A stretch of DNA of 55,644 nt from a virus (lineage: Duplodnaviria > Heunggongvirae > Uroviricota > Caudoviricetes). The notes under the pieces were generated by a model that had not been told where the DNA came from, searched no databases, and saw only the letters and a list, made by a program, of their open reading frames with translations. The stretch is taken from IMG/VR virus record IMGVR_UViG_2537561830_000005; one strand, given 5' to 3'. A program made the position numbers and the translations under genes. Each line of letters starts with the position of its first letter. The first letter of the stretch is position 1. Shown piece by piece: positions 1 to 10,326 of this stretch.

Positions 1-774
1 CTACGATAACCGCGCATTCAACATGGCTATCTGTTCGTCGTTCATGTCATCAATCCACATACCGTAAATTTCATACACCATCTGCGCAGTTTCATGCCCC
101 ATTTGGCTGGCTATAAATGCCGGGTTCGCTCCTGCCGTCAACAGCCAGCAGGCAAAAGTATGCCGCGTATGGTACGGATTACGGCGGCGAATACCAGCAC
201 GTTTTACTGCTGCATTCCACCTTGCCCCCAAACTGCTTACCGAGTAATAAGGTTTTTGTTTTCCGTTACACACCCTGGGCATGAAAACAAAATGCAGTTT
301 TTGCTTTTCGGTTCTGCCGTACTCCCGATGATAAAAGGTGATTTCGCTTTTGCGATGATGCCCGGTCAGTTTGTATTGCTCCTTCAGTGCTTCAAGAGCA
401 GGCTGCAGTAGTGTTACTGTTCGGATCCCGGCATTTGTTTTTGGGGGACCGAACATATCAAGTATCGTCAGGTTTCTTCTGACATTCACTATTCCCTTTT
501 CGAGATCCACATCCTCCCACGCCAGAGCTGCCAGTTCCCCGTGACGAAGTCCTGAGTAAACGGCAAATTTCCACAAGTTCTGGCTCTGTCCTTTTTCACT
601 TTCCATTAATGCATTGAATTCTGTTTTAGATAACGGATCAGGCTTTATTCTGTTTCGCTGTAATTTTTTTACTCCTTCAAATGTAGACTGGCCCCCTGAA
701 TCTCCAGACAACCAATATCACTTAAATAAGTGATAGTCTTAATACTAGTTTTTAGACTAGTCATTGGAGAGCAG

Positions 775-1140
775 ATGATTGATGTCTTAGGACCGGAGAA
801 ACGCAGACGGCGTACTACACAGGAAAAGATCGCTATTGTTCAGCAGAGTTTTGAACCGGGAATGACGGTCTCCCTTGTTGCCCGGCAACACGGTGTGGCA
901 GCCAGCCAGTTATTTCTCTGGCGCAAGCAATACCAGGAGGGAAGTCTTACTGCTGTGGCCGCAGGAGAGCAGATCGTTCCTGCCTCTGAACTTGCTGCTG
1001 CCATGAAGCAGATTAAAGAACTCCAGCGCCTGCTCGGCAAAAAAACGATGGAAAATGAACTCCTTAAAGAAGCCGTTGAATACGGGCGTGCAAAAAAGTG
1101 GATAGCGCACGCGCCCTTATTGCCCGGGGATGGGGAGTAA
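775..1140 (+). CDS. insC: IS2 OrfA (InsC) transposition regulator
   Basis: ATG at 775; 121-aa product recognised as IS2 InsC ([13 protein letters not shown]...); the track ORF starts earlier at a GTG. Confidence 0.9.
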   Translation: MIDVLGPEKRRRRTTQEKIAIVQQSFEPGMTVSLVARQHGVAASQLFLWRKQYQEGSLTAVAAGEQIVPASELAAAMKQIKELQRLLGKKTMENELLKEAVEYGRAKKWIAHAPLLPGDGE

Positions 1141-2003
1141 GCTTAGTCAGCCGTTGTCTCCGGGTGTCGCGTGCGCAGTTGCACGTAATTCTCAGACGAA
1201 CCGATGACTGGAAAGATGGTCGCCGCAGCCGTCACTCAGATGATACGGATGTGCTTCTCCGTATACACCATGTTATCGGAGAGCTGCCCACGTATGGTTA
1301 TCGTCGGGTATGGGCGCTGCTTCGCAGACAGGCCGAACTTGATGGTATGCCTGCGATCAATGCCAAACGTGTTTACCGGATCATGCGCCAGAATGCGCTG
1401 TTGCTTGAGCGAAAAACCGCTGTACCGCCATCGAAACGGGCACATACTGGCAAAGTGGCCGTGAAAGAAAGCAATCAACGATGGTGCTCTGACGGGTTCG
1501 AGTTCCGCTGTGATAACGGAGAAAAACTGCGAGTCACGTTCGCGCTGGACTGCTGTGACCGTGAGGCACTGCACTGGGCAGTCACTACGGGCGGCTTCGA
1601 CAGTGAAACAGTACAGGACGTAATGCTGGGAGCGGTGGAACGCCGCTTCGGCAACGAGCTTCCGGCGTCTCCAGTAGAGTGGCTGACGGATAATGGTTCA
1701 TGCTACCGGGCTAATGAAACACGGCAGTTTGCCCGGATGTTGGGGCTTGAACCGAAGAACACGGCGGTGCGGAGTCCGGAGAGTAACGGCATAGCAGAGA
1801 GCTTCGTGAAAACGATAAAGCGTGACTACATCAGTATCATGCCTAAACCAGACGGGTTAACGGCAGCAAAGAACCTTGCAGAGGCGTTCGAGCATTATAA
1901 CGAATGGCATCCGCATAGTGCACTGGGTTATCGCTCGCCACGGGAATATCTGCGGCAGCAGGCCAGTAATGGGTTAAGTGATAACAGGTGTCTGGAAATA
2001 TAG
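1098..2003 (+). CDS. insD: IS2 OrfB (InsD) transposase, normally made as an InsCD fusion by -1 frameshift
   Basis: 301-aa ORF overlapping the insC 3' end in the -1 frame; recognised as IS2 InsD. Confidence 0.9.
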   Translation: MDSARALIARGWGVSLVSRCLRVSRAQLHVILRRTDDWKDGRRSRHSDDTDVLLRIHHVIGELPTYGYRRVWALLRRQAELDGMPAINAKRVYRIMRQNALLLERKTAVPPSKRAHTGKVAVKESNQRWCSDGFEFRCDNGEKLRVTFALDCCDREALHWAVTTGGFDSETVQDVMLGAVERRFGNELPASPVEWLTDNGSCYRANETRQFARMLGLEPKNTAVRSPESNGIAESFVKTIKRDYISIMPKPDGLTAAKNLAEAFEHYNEWHPHSALGYRSPREYLRQQASNGLSDNRCLEI

Positions 2004-2573
2004 GGGCAAATCCAAAATGGTTTGGTTGATATAAATCCCGACTGATACGCAAAACGCAACAGCGAACAGAGCAGGGCGATATAGTTATCAACTGTGCGCA
2101 CGGTTCTTCCTTTTTTGTTGGATCTTGGATTATCCAGGTAAAGCGTTTCTCCATGCAGCAGTTCATTCCGGTAGTTTAAGATATCGCTATAACGAATATG
2201 TGATATCGGGGTACTTTCACAAATTATTATTCTGAGTGTTTTTAATTGTGATTTCGTTTTCTTCATTGTGTTTGTTGTTAACTCTGTCTCTTTAATTTTT
2301 GTCCAGATATCACAAAGCTCTCCGAACGTTTTTATGACTCTCGTTGTCACCATTTTTGCCCCAGTGCTGGACTGGGGAAAACGTCTTAAATACTCAAATT
2401 CACCGGAGTTTATTTCATGAACTATCAGCGCTCTTAAATTTCCGGCCTTTTTAATATTACTGTTTGTAATCTCCCAGCCTTTTAATGTTTCCCGACATCG
2501 TTTTCCTCGAAACATGAACCAGATGCGAATGTATCTACCTCTAATCTCGACACCTGTTGGTAATTTAGACATA

Positions 2574-2789
2574 TCATGAGTCTTTGATAAACTGATTTAT
2601 CTTTGGATAGTTGTACCAGATAATCCCTCGTTTGCTGTCTGGCTTACCTAAAGGAGATACTCGTTTGAAGTGGAAGCCCTCCACCCAACAGTTCTGGCGG
2701 TATGCTTCAATTTGTCTGGCCCCCAGACCAGTGCGAAGCATCAGGCCGTATTCAACCATCCACTCTTCATTAAAGATTACTTGTGCCAT
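2574..2789 (-). CDS. xisR: excisionase
   Basis: 71-aa product [15 protein letters not shown]... recalled as Rac YdaQ/XisR; stop sits 1 nt from the integrase ATG. Confidence 0.8.
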   Translation of the reverse strand: MAQVIFNEEWMVEYGLMLRTGLGARQIEAYRQNCWVEGFHFKRVSPLGKPDSKRGIIWYNYPKINQFIKDS

Positions 2790-2867
2790 CGCATCACCTC
2801 TGGCAGGCGCCAATGTTAGACTGAAATTGACGCCCGATGTTGATTATTAATAATCAGCTATGAAGTT

Positions 2868-3089
2868 TTAATTTGAATACAATGCAATTCTCGAGGACTG
2901 AAGTTTCTCGCAATTAAAATTTATCAGTTTTACTTTCTGCTCTCTGGAAACGCCTGCTTCTTTTTTACCTGAGAGCATTTTTTCGCATTCTGATTTCGTT
3001 AGTTTAGATTTTGAATATCTTGTCCAGTTAGTAGGAGTGCCACCTTCCTTTTCAATAGTGGCGGTAATTTTATACATGAACACCTCCAT
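2868..3089 (-). CDS. ydaC: Rac prophage small protein YdaC
   Basis: ORF MEVFMYKITATIEKEGG...; start ambiguous (ATG at 3089 or 3077); overlaps the ralR 3' end. Confidence 0.65.
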   Translation of the reverse strand: MEVFMYKITATIEKEGGTPTNWTRYSKSKLTKSECEKMLSGKKEAGVSREQKVKLINFNCEKLQSSRIALYSN

Positions 3090-3264
3090 TATTATTTCCA
3101 GTGGTTCGTTTATTCCATCTTTCGAGTGCTTCTTTTTCACTTCCACCATAACCGGTTCGGGATTCGCATCCGTTACACTTCGCTCGGTAATATCCTGAAA
3201 TGGCTTTCACCGTTACTGATGGACAACCACAAAATGGACATGGTTTAACATTGTCATATCTCAT
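3070..3264 (-). CDS. ralR: restriction alleviation / type I toxin RalR (Lar)
   Basis: 64-aa Cys-rich product MRYDNVKPCPFCGCPSV... recalled as RalR; the antisense RalA sRNA reported for this locus cannot be placed from sequence alone. Confidence 0.8.
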   Translation of the reverse strand: MRYDNVKPCPFCGCPSVTVKAISGYYRAKCNGCESRTGYGGSEKEALERWNKRTTGNNNGGVHV

Positions 3265-3320
3265 AATTTTTCTCATAAAAAATATTTCAAGTTGGCGGTG
3301 CATTACACCGCCAGGCTGAA

Positions 3321-4130
3321 TTATTCCTCTGAATTATCGATTACACTGTATTCCCCGGTTAATACAGAGGAATCTGCAGGATCGATTGTCAGTGGTTCCT
3401 TTTCATCCATTGATACTGCACGCTGGATCTCAATTGATACGGGCAGATATTTGAACAGGCGACGAATAGCCGTTTTCTTTGCCATTTCTTCCCAGTGAGT
3501 TACCCACGGCCCGTTATTACCAGCTTTACTCAGGCTGCGCACCAGCTCAATCTGTTTGCGCGTCATAACTTCAAACTGAGTACCTCCGTCTTTCAGTCTT
3601 GCGACAGCATAGACGTGGGTAACCGGGGCATCTTCGTTTTCTCCCGGGCGGTGTATTAACTTTTCATCAAGGCCAAATTCGAAGCTAAACTCGTCACCTT
3701 CACGGACAACACGGGCTGACAGGCTGGCGATTTGACCAGAACGGCGAGCCAGATCAATCATGCCGCGATAGCCAATGATTAGCTGAACGTTCTTTTTACC
3801 GCTCTTTTCGTTTTTATTACCAAAAGGCAGTAAATATGCATGACCGAGGGCGCTACCTGGCTCAAGTCCGAGCTGTGAACACTGTACGATCGCACTGACA
3901 AAACTCATAGTGTCACAGTTTCCTAACGCCGGAACTTTACGAATTTCTGTGGTGGCGATACGGATCATACGTTCAGCCGTCATATGGCGTGGAAGAGCTG
4001 CTGCCAGTTGCTCTTTCATTGATGGCTGGTTAATAAAACTAATCACGTCGCTATTTTTAACTGCTGCTGGTGCACGGTTTCCCTGAGTTTTTTGCAGATC
4101 GGCTTTTGCGATTGGTGGTTGCTTAGTCAT
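3321..4130 (-). CDS. recT: RecT single-strand annealing recombinase
   Basis: 269-aa product [14 protein letters not shown]... recalled as K-12 RecT; ATG at 4130 overlaps the recE stop by 8 nt. Confidence 0.95.
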   Translation of the reverse strand: MTKQPPIAKADLQKTQGNRAPAAVKNSDVISFINQPSMKEQLAAALPRHMTAERMIRIATTEIRKVPALGNCDTMSFVSAIVQCSQLGLEPGSALGHAYLLPFGNKNEKSGKKNVQLIIGYRGMIDLARRSGQIASLSARVVREGDEFSFEFGLDEKLIHRPGENEDAPVTHVYAVARLKDGGTQFEVMTRKQIELVRSLSKAGNNGPWVTHWEEMAKKTAIRRLFKYLPVSIEIQRAVSMDEKEPLTIDPADSSVLTGEYSVIDNSEE

Positions 4131-6723
4131 TTGCATATTCCTTAGCCCAGCGGGGCAGTGATAATGTCTTAATAGCTGGCCATTCATCGGTATTCAGGCA
4201 GTCAGACAGGGTTCGCAGATTGCGGTGATATTCCTGTTGACCTGCCAGTTTTGCTTCTTCGCCCATCATGAAAATTTCAACCGGATAACGTCCGCATTCA
4301 ATAGTTGTGCTGGCAACCAGAAAAACGAAAGTTGGCTGCACTCCAAACTGTGCTTCATAACCGTCACTGTAGAACGCATCCTGAACGTGATAGCGGTAGT
4401 CGTAATAAGCGGTTTTGAATCGTTGAATATCCGCCGTAGTTTTCACGTCCATGATCCAGTGAAATTCAGGGATAATTTTGTCCGGACGGCACCGACACAA
4501 AATTCCTGTTTCAGGATCTTCCCAGTAAATTGATGATTCAGCGTGTCCGGCGCTTTCAACAAGCCATTGCCCCAGCGGCAAAGCCATAACGCTTTGATAC
4601 ATGAGTTCAATTTTCCGGCCTTCTTCCGCAGTGATAACCGTTTTTCCTGTGCTTGCGCATTCCATCAGAAACGCTTTCTCTTCTTCTTTTCCGGCGTTTG
4701 TACGGCGGTTAAATTCAGGTGCTACGATAAAGCGGTTACTGAATTCTTCCGGTTCAAGTACCCGGCAGTGGAAAGCAGTTCCTAAATCGAGCGTTTTTGT
4801 CTTTGTGGTGTCCACGGGGGCATTTTTACGCCACAAATATAGTGCCGGAGTATCAGCAATGTCATCGAGCTGAGACTTACTGATACCGGGACCCGCGTGG
4901 TAATTCTCATTCGAAATTCCGTAATAAATACCTGGCTCTATGTCTTCTACGATTACGGGATCTGCGACTTCGCCAGTTTCATCACTGCAATCGCGATGCG
5001 GATCGCTGCCAGCATTCTCATTGTGCGGATGTTCAGCGCCTTCCATTTCCTCCGGATCATTTTCCTTAGCTTCAACCTGACTCTCTTCATCGAATGTTTC
5101 CTGGTATGTTGCGTCGCCCATCACCGCACCACAGTCAGGGCAGTTATCCCCGCCAGTCTGGCCGCAGGCATTGCAGGCTATTTCCGGTTCCTGTTGCACT
5201 ACTGGCTCAGGTTGATTCATATCTGGGCTGGTTTTTTCCGTTTCTGGCTGGTTCTGGTACACACAATCGCGAGTCTGGATCCCCTTTACCCATTTCGGAT
5301 CGTTCGGGTCGCTAATTCCGTCAACAAATTCACCACGTGATGCAGCAAGCAATTTATCGGCATCGACAGGATTTTTTGATGGAATGTTTTTCCGGGCTTC
5401 ATGGAGTTCTGCCCGCAGTTCCTGATATTTCGCATCAACAGAATTTACCTGTGACTGAGCATCCAGCGGCTGCGTGTCCTGATGATGTTCAGTTGCGTCC
5501 GGTTCCATTGTTTCAGCCTCTCCCTGTTCAACTGCCGTTGTTCCAGATGGTTGCGGTTTTTCTTCATCATCCTGTTTTCCTTCTTCTGTTACTCGCTGCG
5601 GCATCGGGGCAGAGGAGCGACCGCAGGCAATATCCACGATTTCCGGATCAGGGTTGGCATGATCGGTTTCAGTCAGTACTTTGTTCAGATATTCAGTGAC
5701 GTGCGCGGGGATGACCTCGATCCCAATTGGTGCTTCTTTTACGGACGCAACCACGATGGCGCGGGAATAATCCAGCCCGCCAGGCATGGTGATGAATTTG
5801 TCGCGGAAAACAGAAAAGGGCGGTTTATTTTCAGCGATAATTTCCTCAATGCGTTTAGCGTGTGCCGGATGAAGGTTATAGATGTCCAGATCCATTGAAC
5901 GGGCCAGTACGCCAGTGGCTACGTCGCGCGCCAGTGACGTCAGATCGTGTACGAAACCTTCGCCGCGATCGGTGAGGTTTCCGCCGCCAGCATTAGCACC
6001 GGAAGCCGTGCAAGTGATGTGTGAAACACGATTACCCTTCATCCACTCTTTTGTCAGCAGTCCTCGATCGGTGTAGTCAGCGTTCAGGTATGCTTCGAAA
6101 AAAGCAGTTATCAGTCCCAGGTTTGAATTACCAGGATTAGGGAAAACTTTGTCAGTGTCACGAACCAGTTTGTGGAGTTCGCGAATTTCCAGCGGGTCGA
6201 GCAGGCTGGTTTTGTGGGAAACAGCCAGGGCAGTAACAGCCGGTAGTTCTTCAGCCCGAGCAATGTGTAATGCCTGGAGTCCGTCGCGTGAAACGTGCGT
6301 TACCGGTTTTTCGCTGCCGTGTTGAGCAAGCCAACGAATGGGCAGTTCCTGGCCAGAAATTGGGAGTAGCATATTCTCCTCAATCTCAGTCATGTCTTCG
6401 CCGTTGACGTTGGTATTGCCTTGATAGTGAGCGTTGTCTGGTGCTGCTCCCGGTTTTAGTTCCCATGTCATGGAGTCTTTGCTGAGTTGATAGCGTTCAC
6501 TCCAGGTAAAATCGATCTCACCTTCAGCGGGCAGGTCATTAACGACAGGAAAATTCGTGGCAACAGCTTTAAAATAGCTGCTCAGTTTTTTACCTGACTT
6601 AACGATCAGGTAGTCCAGAGTGGCACAGGTCGATTCAAAATCGTTGCTTGCCCACAGGACGACGTCAGGTTCACCGGATGATTTTTTCGCTTTCCGTAAC
6701 AGGAAGAGTGGTTTTGTGCTCAT
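4123..6723 (-). CDS. recE: RecE exonuclease VIII
   Basis: 866-aa ORF recalled as K-12 RecE; overlaps recT. Confidence 0.95.
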   Translation of the reverse strand: MSTKPLFLLRKAKKSSGEPDVVLWASNDFESTCATLDYLIVKSGKKLSSYFKAVATNFPVVNDLPAEGEIDFTWSERYQLSKDSMTWELKPGAAPDNAHYQGNTNVNGEDMTEIEENMLLPISGQELPIRWLAQHGSEKPVTHVSRDGLQALHIARAEELPAVTALAVSHKTSLLDPLEIRELHKLVRDTDKVFPNPGNSNLGLITAFFEAYLNADYTDRGLLTKEWMKGNRVSHITCTASGANAGGGNLTDRGEGFVHDLTSLARDVATGVLARSMDLDIYNLHPAHAKRIEEIIAENKPPFSVFRDKFITMPGGLDYSRAIVVASVKEAPIGIEVIPAHVTEYLNKVLTETDHANPDPEIVDIACGRSSAPMPQRVTEEGKQDDEEKPQPSGTTAVEQGEAETMEPDATEHHQDTQPLDAQSQVNSVDAKYQELRAELHEARKNIPSKNPVDADKLLAASRGEFVDGISDPNDPKWVKGIQTRDCVYQNQPETEKTSPDMNQPEPVVQQEPEIACNACGQTGGDNCPDCGAVMGDATYQETFDEESQVEAKENDPEEMEGAEHPHNENAGSDPHRDCSDETGEVADPVIVEDIEPGIYYGISNENYHAGPGISKSQLDDIADTPALYLWRKNAPVDTTKTKTLDLGTAFHCRVLEPEEFSNRFIVAPEFNRRTNAGKEEEKAFLMECASTGKTVITAEEGRKIELMYQSVMALPLGQWLVESAGHAESSIYWEDPETGILCRCRPDKIIPEFHWIMDVKTTADIQRFKTAYYDYRYHVQDAFYSDGYEAQFGVQPTFVFLVASTTIECGRYPVEIFMMGEEAKLAGQQEYHRNLRTLSDCLNTDEWPAIKTLSLPRWAKEYAND

Positions 6724-6824
6724 TGTTTTTTAACCTCAACTCAGATTAAAATTCGTTTTGTTCAGTGAATGATCTTGCCGGATACACACTGTTCATAGCC
6801 TGCGCCATACGCAGGCTATTTCTT

Positions 6825-7100
6825 TCAGATTTCACCTTTTAATTTCATTGCAATTAGAGTTGCCAGAAATTCGGCTTTTTTTTCTGCGGGCAGATTCTTT
6901 CCGATATGCACCAGGCACATTTTTTTGACACCTTCATCAAGTGTTTTTACGTTGCCTGATGGACCATCGATATCAACCACAGTGAATGGGGTTTCTTTAT
7001 TTTCTGTTTTAATTACGTAGCCAATGCGCTTTCCTTCCAGATTCACCTCGTGAACAATGTCATCGGTAGTTACAACAGTGGCTTCATAATTGGTAATCAT
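6825..7100 (-). CDS. racC: Rac prophage protein RacC
   Basis: 91-aa product MITNYEATVVTTDD... with an AGGAG-like RBS; the track ORF starts upstream. Confidence 0.85.
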   Translation of the reverse strand: MITNYEATVVTTDDIVHEVNLEGKRIGYVIKTENKETPFTVVDIDGPSGNVKTLDEGVKKMCLVHIGKNLPAEKKAEFLATLIAMKLKGEI

Positions 7101-7174
7101 GTTTTTCTCCTTAATTAAGGTTGAGCGAATACCTGCCATTTCTGGCATAAATTCAGTTTCGAATAGTCAATTAA

Positions 7175-7345
7175 TTAAAGTTCATGTGCCATCTGGTCTT
7201 TTTCGGCACAAGCTTCACTGCAATATTTTCTCGGTTCGTCTTTTGATAAAATCCCGTGCATGAAGTGAAGCATTCTTTCAATAGCTTTGCTTTCTTCAAC
7301 GTCTTTTTTGCAAAGGTGGTAAGCACATTTTATTTTCTTAGTCAT
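7175..7345 (-). CDS. ydaE: small Cys-rich protein YdaE
   Basis: Hand-translated 56-aa [17 protein letters not shown]...CSEACAEKDQMAHEL, absent from the ORF track; its ATG overlaps the kilR stop by 1 nt. Confidence 0.7.
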   Translation of the reverse strand: MTKKIKCAYHLCKKDVEESKAIERMLHFMHGILSKDEPRKYCSEACAEKDQMAHEL

Positions 7346-7566
7346 CACCATGACTCCGCCTTTACAGGTAAACCATCACGACCGAGGAAGACTTTAATCA
7401 TGCGGTCAGTAATGAATGTTTTTGTGGTCAGGTTACGAATATATAGTTTTCGCTTTTTAATATTGTTTGCCGAGGCAATATATGTCCGGCCTTCATGAAG
7501 AACATAATCGCCAGGAGTCACACACTGACGTGGTATTTCATCAGTTCCGAAGTGATGTGCAATCAT
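7345..7566 (-). CDS. kilR: FtsZ-inhibiting killing protein KilR
   Basis: 73-aa product [15 protein letters not shown]... recalled as KilR. Confidence 0.85.
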
Positions 7567-8007
7567 AATTATCTCCATTTTTACAAATGAACTTTGTTGA
7601 TGCGGTGTCTGGTGCCTCCAGGTGACTGCAACCAGTTAACAATTACAGTCGGCTTTCCCACCCAAACCAATAAGGACTAACATGACTTTTAACTGTGCCA
7701 CGTGCGCTTAGCCGCATTCACCGCATCACAAAATTCACTTTAAAAAGGGCGGACATCAGCCGAACTTCAAGAAAAAAACTGATGCCGCCAGGACTACACA
7801 CAGCAATGTCGTTATTTACAACCGGAGGCGCACTCCCTCCATTTAAATTTAACAGACAAGACCGACTCTTTATGGATATCGGAAATGCGCCTTCGTGTTG
7901 TGCCCGGTTTTATTTCACCACCTCCGGGCTTCGGTGGTCTCGGCTATACCCCTACAGCGAGAGCTTGTGTTAACATTTCAATACCCTTACAGTTGAGAGT
8001 TATTGAT

Positions 8008-8496
8008 ATGTTGGATGTATTTACTCCATTGTTGAAACTTTTTGCTAACGAGCCACTCGAAAGACTTATGTATACGATTATCATTTTTGGTCTCACTCTC
8101 TGGCTGATACCGAAAGAGTTTACTGTCGCATTCAATGCTTATACTGAAATACCTTGGCTCTTTCAGATTATCGTTTTTGCCTTTTCTTTCGTGGTCGCCA
8201 TTTCCTTCTCAAGATTGCGAGCACATATTCAAAAGCATTATTCATTACTACCAGAGCAACGAGTATTGCTTCGTTTATCTGAGAAAGAAATCGCTGTATT
8301 TAAAGATTTCCTTAAAACAGGAAATCTTATTATCACTTCTCCTTGCCGTAACCCGGTTATGAAAAAATTAGAACGGAAGGGCATCATTCAACATCAGAGT
8401 GATAGCGCAAACTGTTCTTATTATCTCGTCACCGAAAAATACTCCCATTTTATGAAGTTATTCTGGAACAGCAGGAGTAGACGTTTTAATCGTTAG
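8008..8496 (+). CDS. sieB: superinfection exclusion protein B
   Basis: 162-aa membrane protein MLDVFTPLLKLFANEPLERL... recalled as SieB; ATG at 8008. Confidence 0.85.
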   Translation: MLDVFTPLLKLFANEPLERLMYTIIIFGLTLWLIPKEFTVAFNAYTEIPWLFQIIVFAFSFVVAISFSRLRAHIQKHYSLLPEQRVLLRLSEKEIAVFKDFLKTGNLIITSPCRNPVMKKLERKGIIQHQSDSANCSYYLVTEKYSHFMKLFWNSRSRRFNR

Positions 8497-8648
8497 CTTA
8501 CTGTGTGCTTCTCCAACCATCGGCGCGCACCAGTTTCGGTTTTAAATGTTTTGCTTTTGGTATACGTCATGGCAGTGAACGTTCCATCCTGGTTGGGGAA
8601 CACGCCGCACACCAGGGATTCGTTGTTGCCGAGGTCGATTTTTTGCAT
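8493..8648 (-). CDS. ydaF: small protein YdaF
   Basis: Hand-translated 51-aa ORF MQKIDLGNNESLVCGVFPNQ..., below the track length cutoff. Confidence 0.6.
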   Translation of the reverse strand: MQKIDLGNNESLVCGVFPNQDGTFTAMTYTKSKTFKTETGARRWLEKHTVS

Positions 8649-8658
8649 TTTGCGAATC

Positions 8659-8793
8659 TCACATCTTGTTGCTACGTATAGCGACTTCTGCCTGCCAGAG
8701 ATCCCAGTCGTTGCTGCGTAAAGCCTGCACAGCCTGGTTGTAAGTGATACCGCAACAATCCATCAAATACTGAACTACTTCGTAATGCACCAT
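8659..8793 (-). CDS. ydaG: small protein YdaG
   Basis: Hand-translated 44-aa ORF MVHYEVVQYLMDCCGITYNQ..., below the track length cutoff. Confidence 0.6.
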   Translation of the reverse strand: MVHYEVVQYLMDCCGITYNQAVQALRSNDWDLWQAEVAIRSNKM

Positions 8794-8963
8794 CTTATCT
8801 CTCCCCTTAACGCCGGGTGGCGGAACTAACTGCTGCACTGCAAAATTTGAATCCCGCCGTCATGTTCTTACGCCTCGGGCTGGCTACTTAACCCCTGACC
8901 ACTGCCTGGTAACTCGAAGTATTGCCCTGCATTCTGTGGGGCGGGGTGGGTGGCAGGCATATA

Positions 8964-9005
8964 ATGTACTTTGTGTTCATTGTTGTAAAGTACATTTAGT
9001 ACATT
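8964..9005. promoter_or_regulatory. putative OL-like operator cluster downstream of racR
   Basis: Three copies of ATGTACT or its complement (8964-8970, 8987-8995, 8997-9005), including the inverted pair GTACTTT-N14-AAAGTAC, next to a TATAAT-like hexamer. Confidence 0.4.
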
Positions 9006-9079
9006 TTATGTGTAAAAAAATGAGATGGGATAAAGTGAAGCACAAACCCGGAGGAAGGCGCTACCGGATTTATGCTGGT

Positions 9080-9499
9080 TTAAGAGGCTTTTTGTTTTTT
9101 CTTTCGTGCTAACTCTTCGTAAATTGCATTGTACTTCTGTTTTTTCTCTTCAAGAGTTTTTAAAAGTTCATCTGTCTCACTGTCAGGGAGCTCGTCCAGA
9201 AGGTCAATGATGATTTTTTGTCTTGGATTTAACTCCTGATAGAAACGTACCTGTCCACTTTCTTCTGTATCCTCTCCCAAAAGATAGGTTGGTGTTGTTC
9301 CTATTAGTGTTGCTAATTCCCTTAATTTCTCCCGGCGAGGAATTGTTTCGCCATTAAACCATTTGCTAACCGCTTTTGGTGTTAATTTCATTCGACGGGC
9401 AATTTCTGCCTGCCTTCCATGTTGTTCATAACCAGCGTTTTCACAGGCTAGCGCAAGCCTACTGGCGAACTCTTTACGCGCTTTATCTTCATGAACCAT
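9080..9499 (-). CDS. racR: prophage repressor with XRE-type helix-turn-helix, RacR position
   Basis: 139-aa ORF with an HTH (RQAEIARRMKLTPKAVSKWFNG), divergent from ydaS; identity to K-12 RacR not verified. Confidence 0.7.
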   Translation of the reverse strand: MVHEDKARKEFASRLALACENAGYEQHGRQAEIARRMKLTPKAVSKWFNGETIPRREKLRELATLIGTTPTYLLGEDTEESGQVRFYQELNPRQKIIIDLLDELPDSETDELLKTLEEKKQKYNAIYEELARKKKQKAS

Positions 9500-9578
9500 A
9501 AGTTCAATGATATTCGCTCTTGAATGTACTGTCAGTTCTGTTATAGCATGTACTCAAAGTTCACATTGTGAGGGTGAT
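9500..9578. promoter_or_regulatory. divergent racR / ydaS promoter-operator region (OR-like)
   Basis: 79-bp gap between divergent starts with two direct ATGTACT copies (9524-9530, 9548-9554), the same heptamer as in the cluster at 8964-9005. Confidence 0.45.
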
Positions 9579-9833
9579 ATGAACCAGAAAACACTTGAAG
9601 ATGTAATCAAAACTGTTCGCGTTGCTGTTGTGGCCGACGTTTGTGGTGTCAGCCAAAGAGCAATCTATAAATGGATGGATAACGGAAAATTGCCTCGCAC
9701 AGAATATACCGGCGAAACAAATTACGCTGAAAAAATCGCTCTTGCATCAAACGGATTATTTTCTGCCGATGCAATTTTAACTATTGGCAGGAATAAAACT
9801 ACTACGAAAAAGCTGATGGGAGTTGATTCATGA
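9579..9833 (+). CDS. ydaS: Cro-like HTH protein YdaS
   Basis: ATG at 9579 with a GAGGGTG RBS (the track ORF begins at 9507, too close to the racR start); stop overlaps the ydaT ATG. Confidence 0.7.
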   Translation: MNQKTLEDVIKTVRVAVVADVCGVSQRAIYKWMDNGKLPRTEYTGETNYAEKIALASNGLFSADAILTIGRNKTTTKKLMGVDS

Positions 9834-10255
9834 AAATCAAGCATGAACACATCCGCATGGCGATGAATGCCTGGGCGCATCCGGACGGCGAAAAAGTACC
9901 GGCTGCGAAAATTACCAAAGCGTATTTCGAGCTGGGAATGACGTTCCCGGAACTGTATGACGACAGCCATCCGGAAGCCCTGGCTCGCAATACTCAGAAA
10001 ATTTTCCGCTGGGTGGAGAAAGACACCCCTGATGCGGTTAAAAAAATTCAGGCGTTGTTACCAGCTATCGAAAAAGCAATGCCACCTCTGCTGGTGGCCC
10101 GAATGCGCAGTCATAGCTCAGCCTATTTTCGGGAACTAGTGGAGACGCGGGAACGACTGGTGAGAGACGCTGATGATTTTGTCGCAGTGGCGATCGCTGG
10201 TTTCAACCAGATGAATCGTGGTGGCCCTGCAGGAAATATTGTGGCTGTGCATTGA
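9830..10255 (+). CDS. ydaT: YdaT protein, reported toxic partner of YdaS
   Basis: 141-aa ORF coupled to ydaS by an ATGA overlap. Confidence 0.8.
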   Translation: MKIKHEHIRMAMNAWAHPDGEKVPAAKITKAYFELGMTFPELYDDSHPEALARNTQKIFRWVEKDTPDAVKKIQALLPAIEKAMPPLLVARMRSHSSAYFRELVETRERLVRDADDFVAVAIAGFNQMNRGGPAGNIVAVH

Positions 10256-10326
10256 CTCGCAATATTCATACCGGATCGCTTCCGGCAATTTGTGAGTAAA
10301 AAGATTCGGTATCAAAAGAGGTGAGT

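Larger units (their letters stand above)
684..2014 (+). mobile_element. IS2 insertion sequence, complete, 1331 bp
   Basis: Starts TAGACTGGCCCC at 684 and ends GGGGCAAATCCA at 2014; carries InsC and InsD; flanked by direct AAATG at 679-683 and 2015-2019. Confidence 0.95.
1..2572 (-). pseudogene. intR: Rac-type prophage tyrosine integrase, split by IS2 (C-terminal part 1-683, N-terminal part 2015-2572)
   Basis: Minus-strand ORFs 1..711 and 1928..2572 are the two halves of one integrase; joined and minus one 5-bp duplication they give 1236 nt (411 aa plus stop). ATG at 2572, TAG at 1-3. Confidence 0.85.

Noticed and set aside
94-411. 105-aa plus-strand ORF
   Set aside because: Antisense within the integrase C-terminal segment.
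4225-6076. Eight plus-strand ORFs of 64-147 aa
   Set aside because: All are antisense within recE, which is supported end to end by recalled protein identity.
9507-9578. Extended ydaS start at ATG 9507
   Set aside because: It would leave only 7 bp between divergent start codons and would translate through the putative operators; ATG 9579 has a proper RBS.
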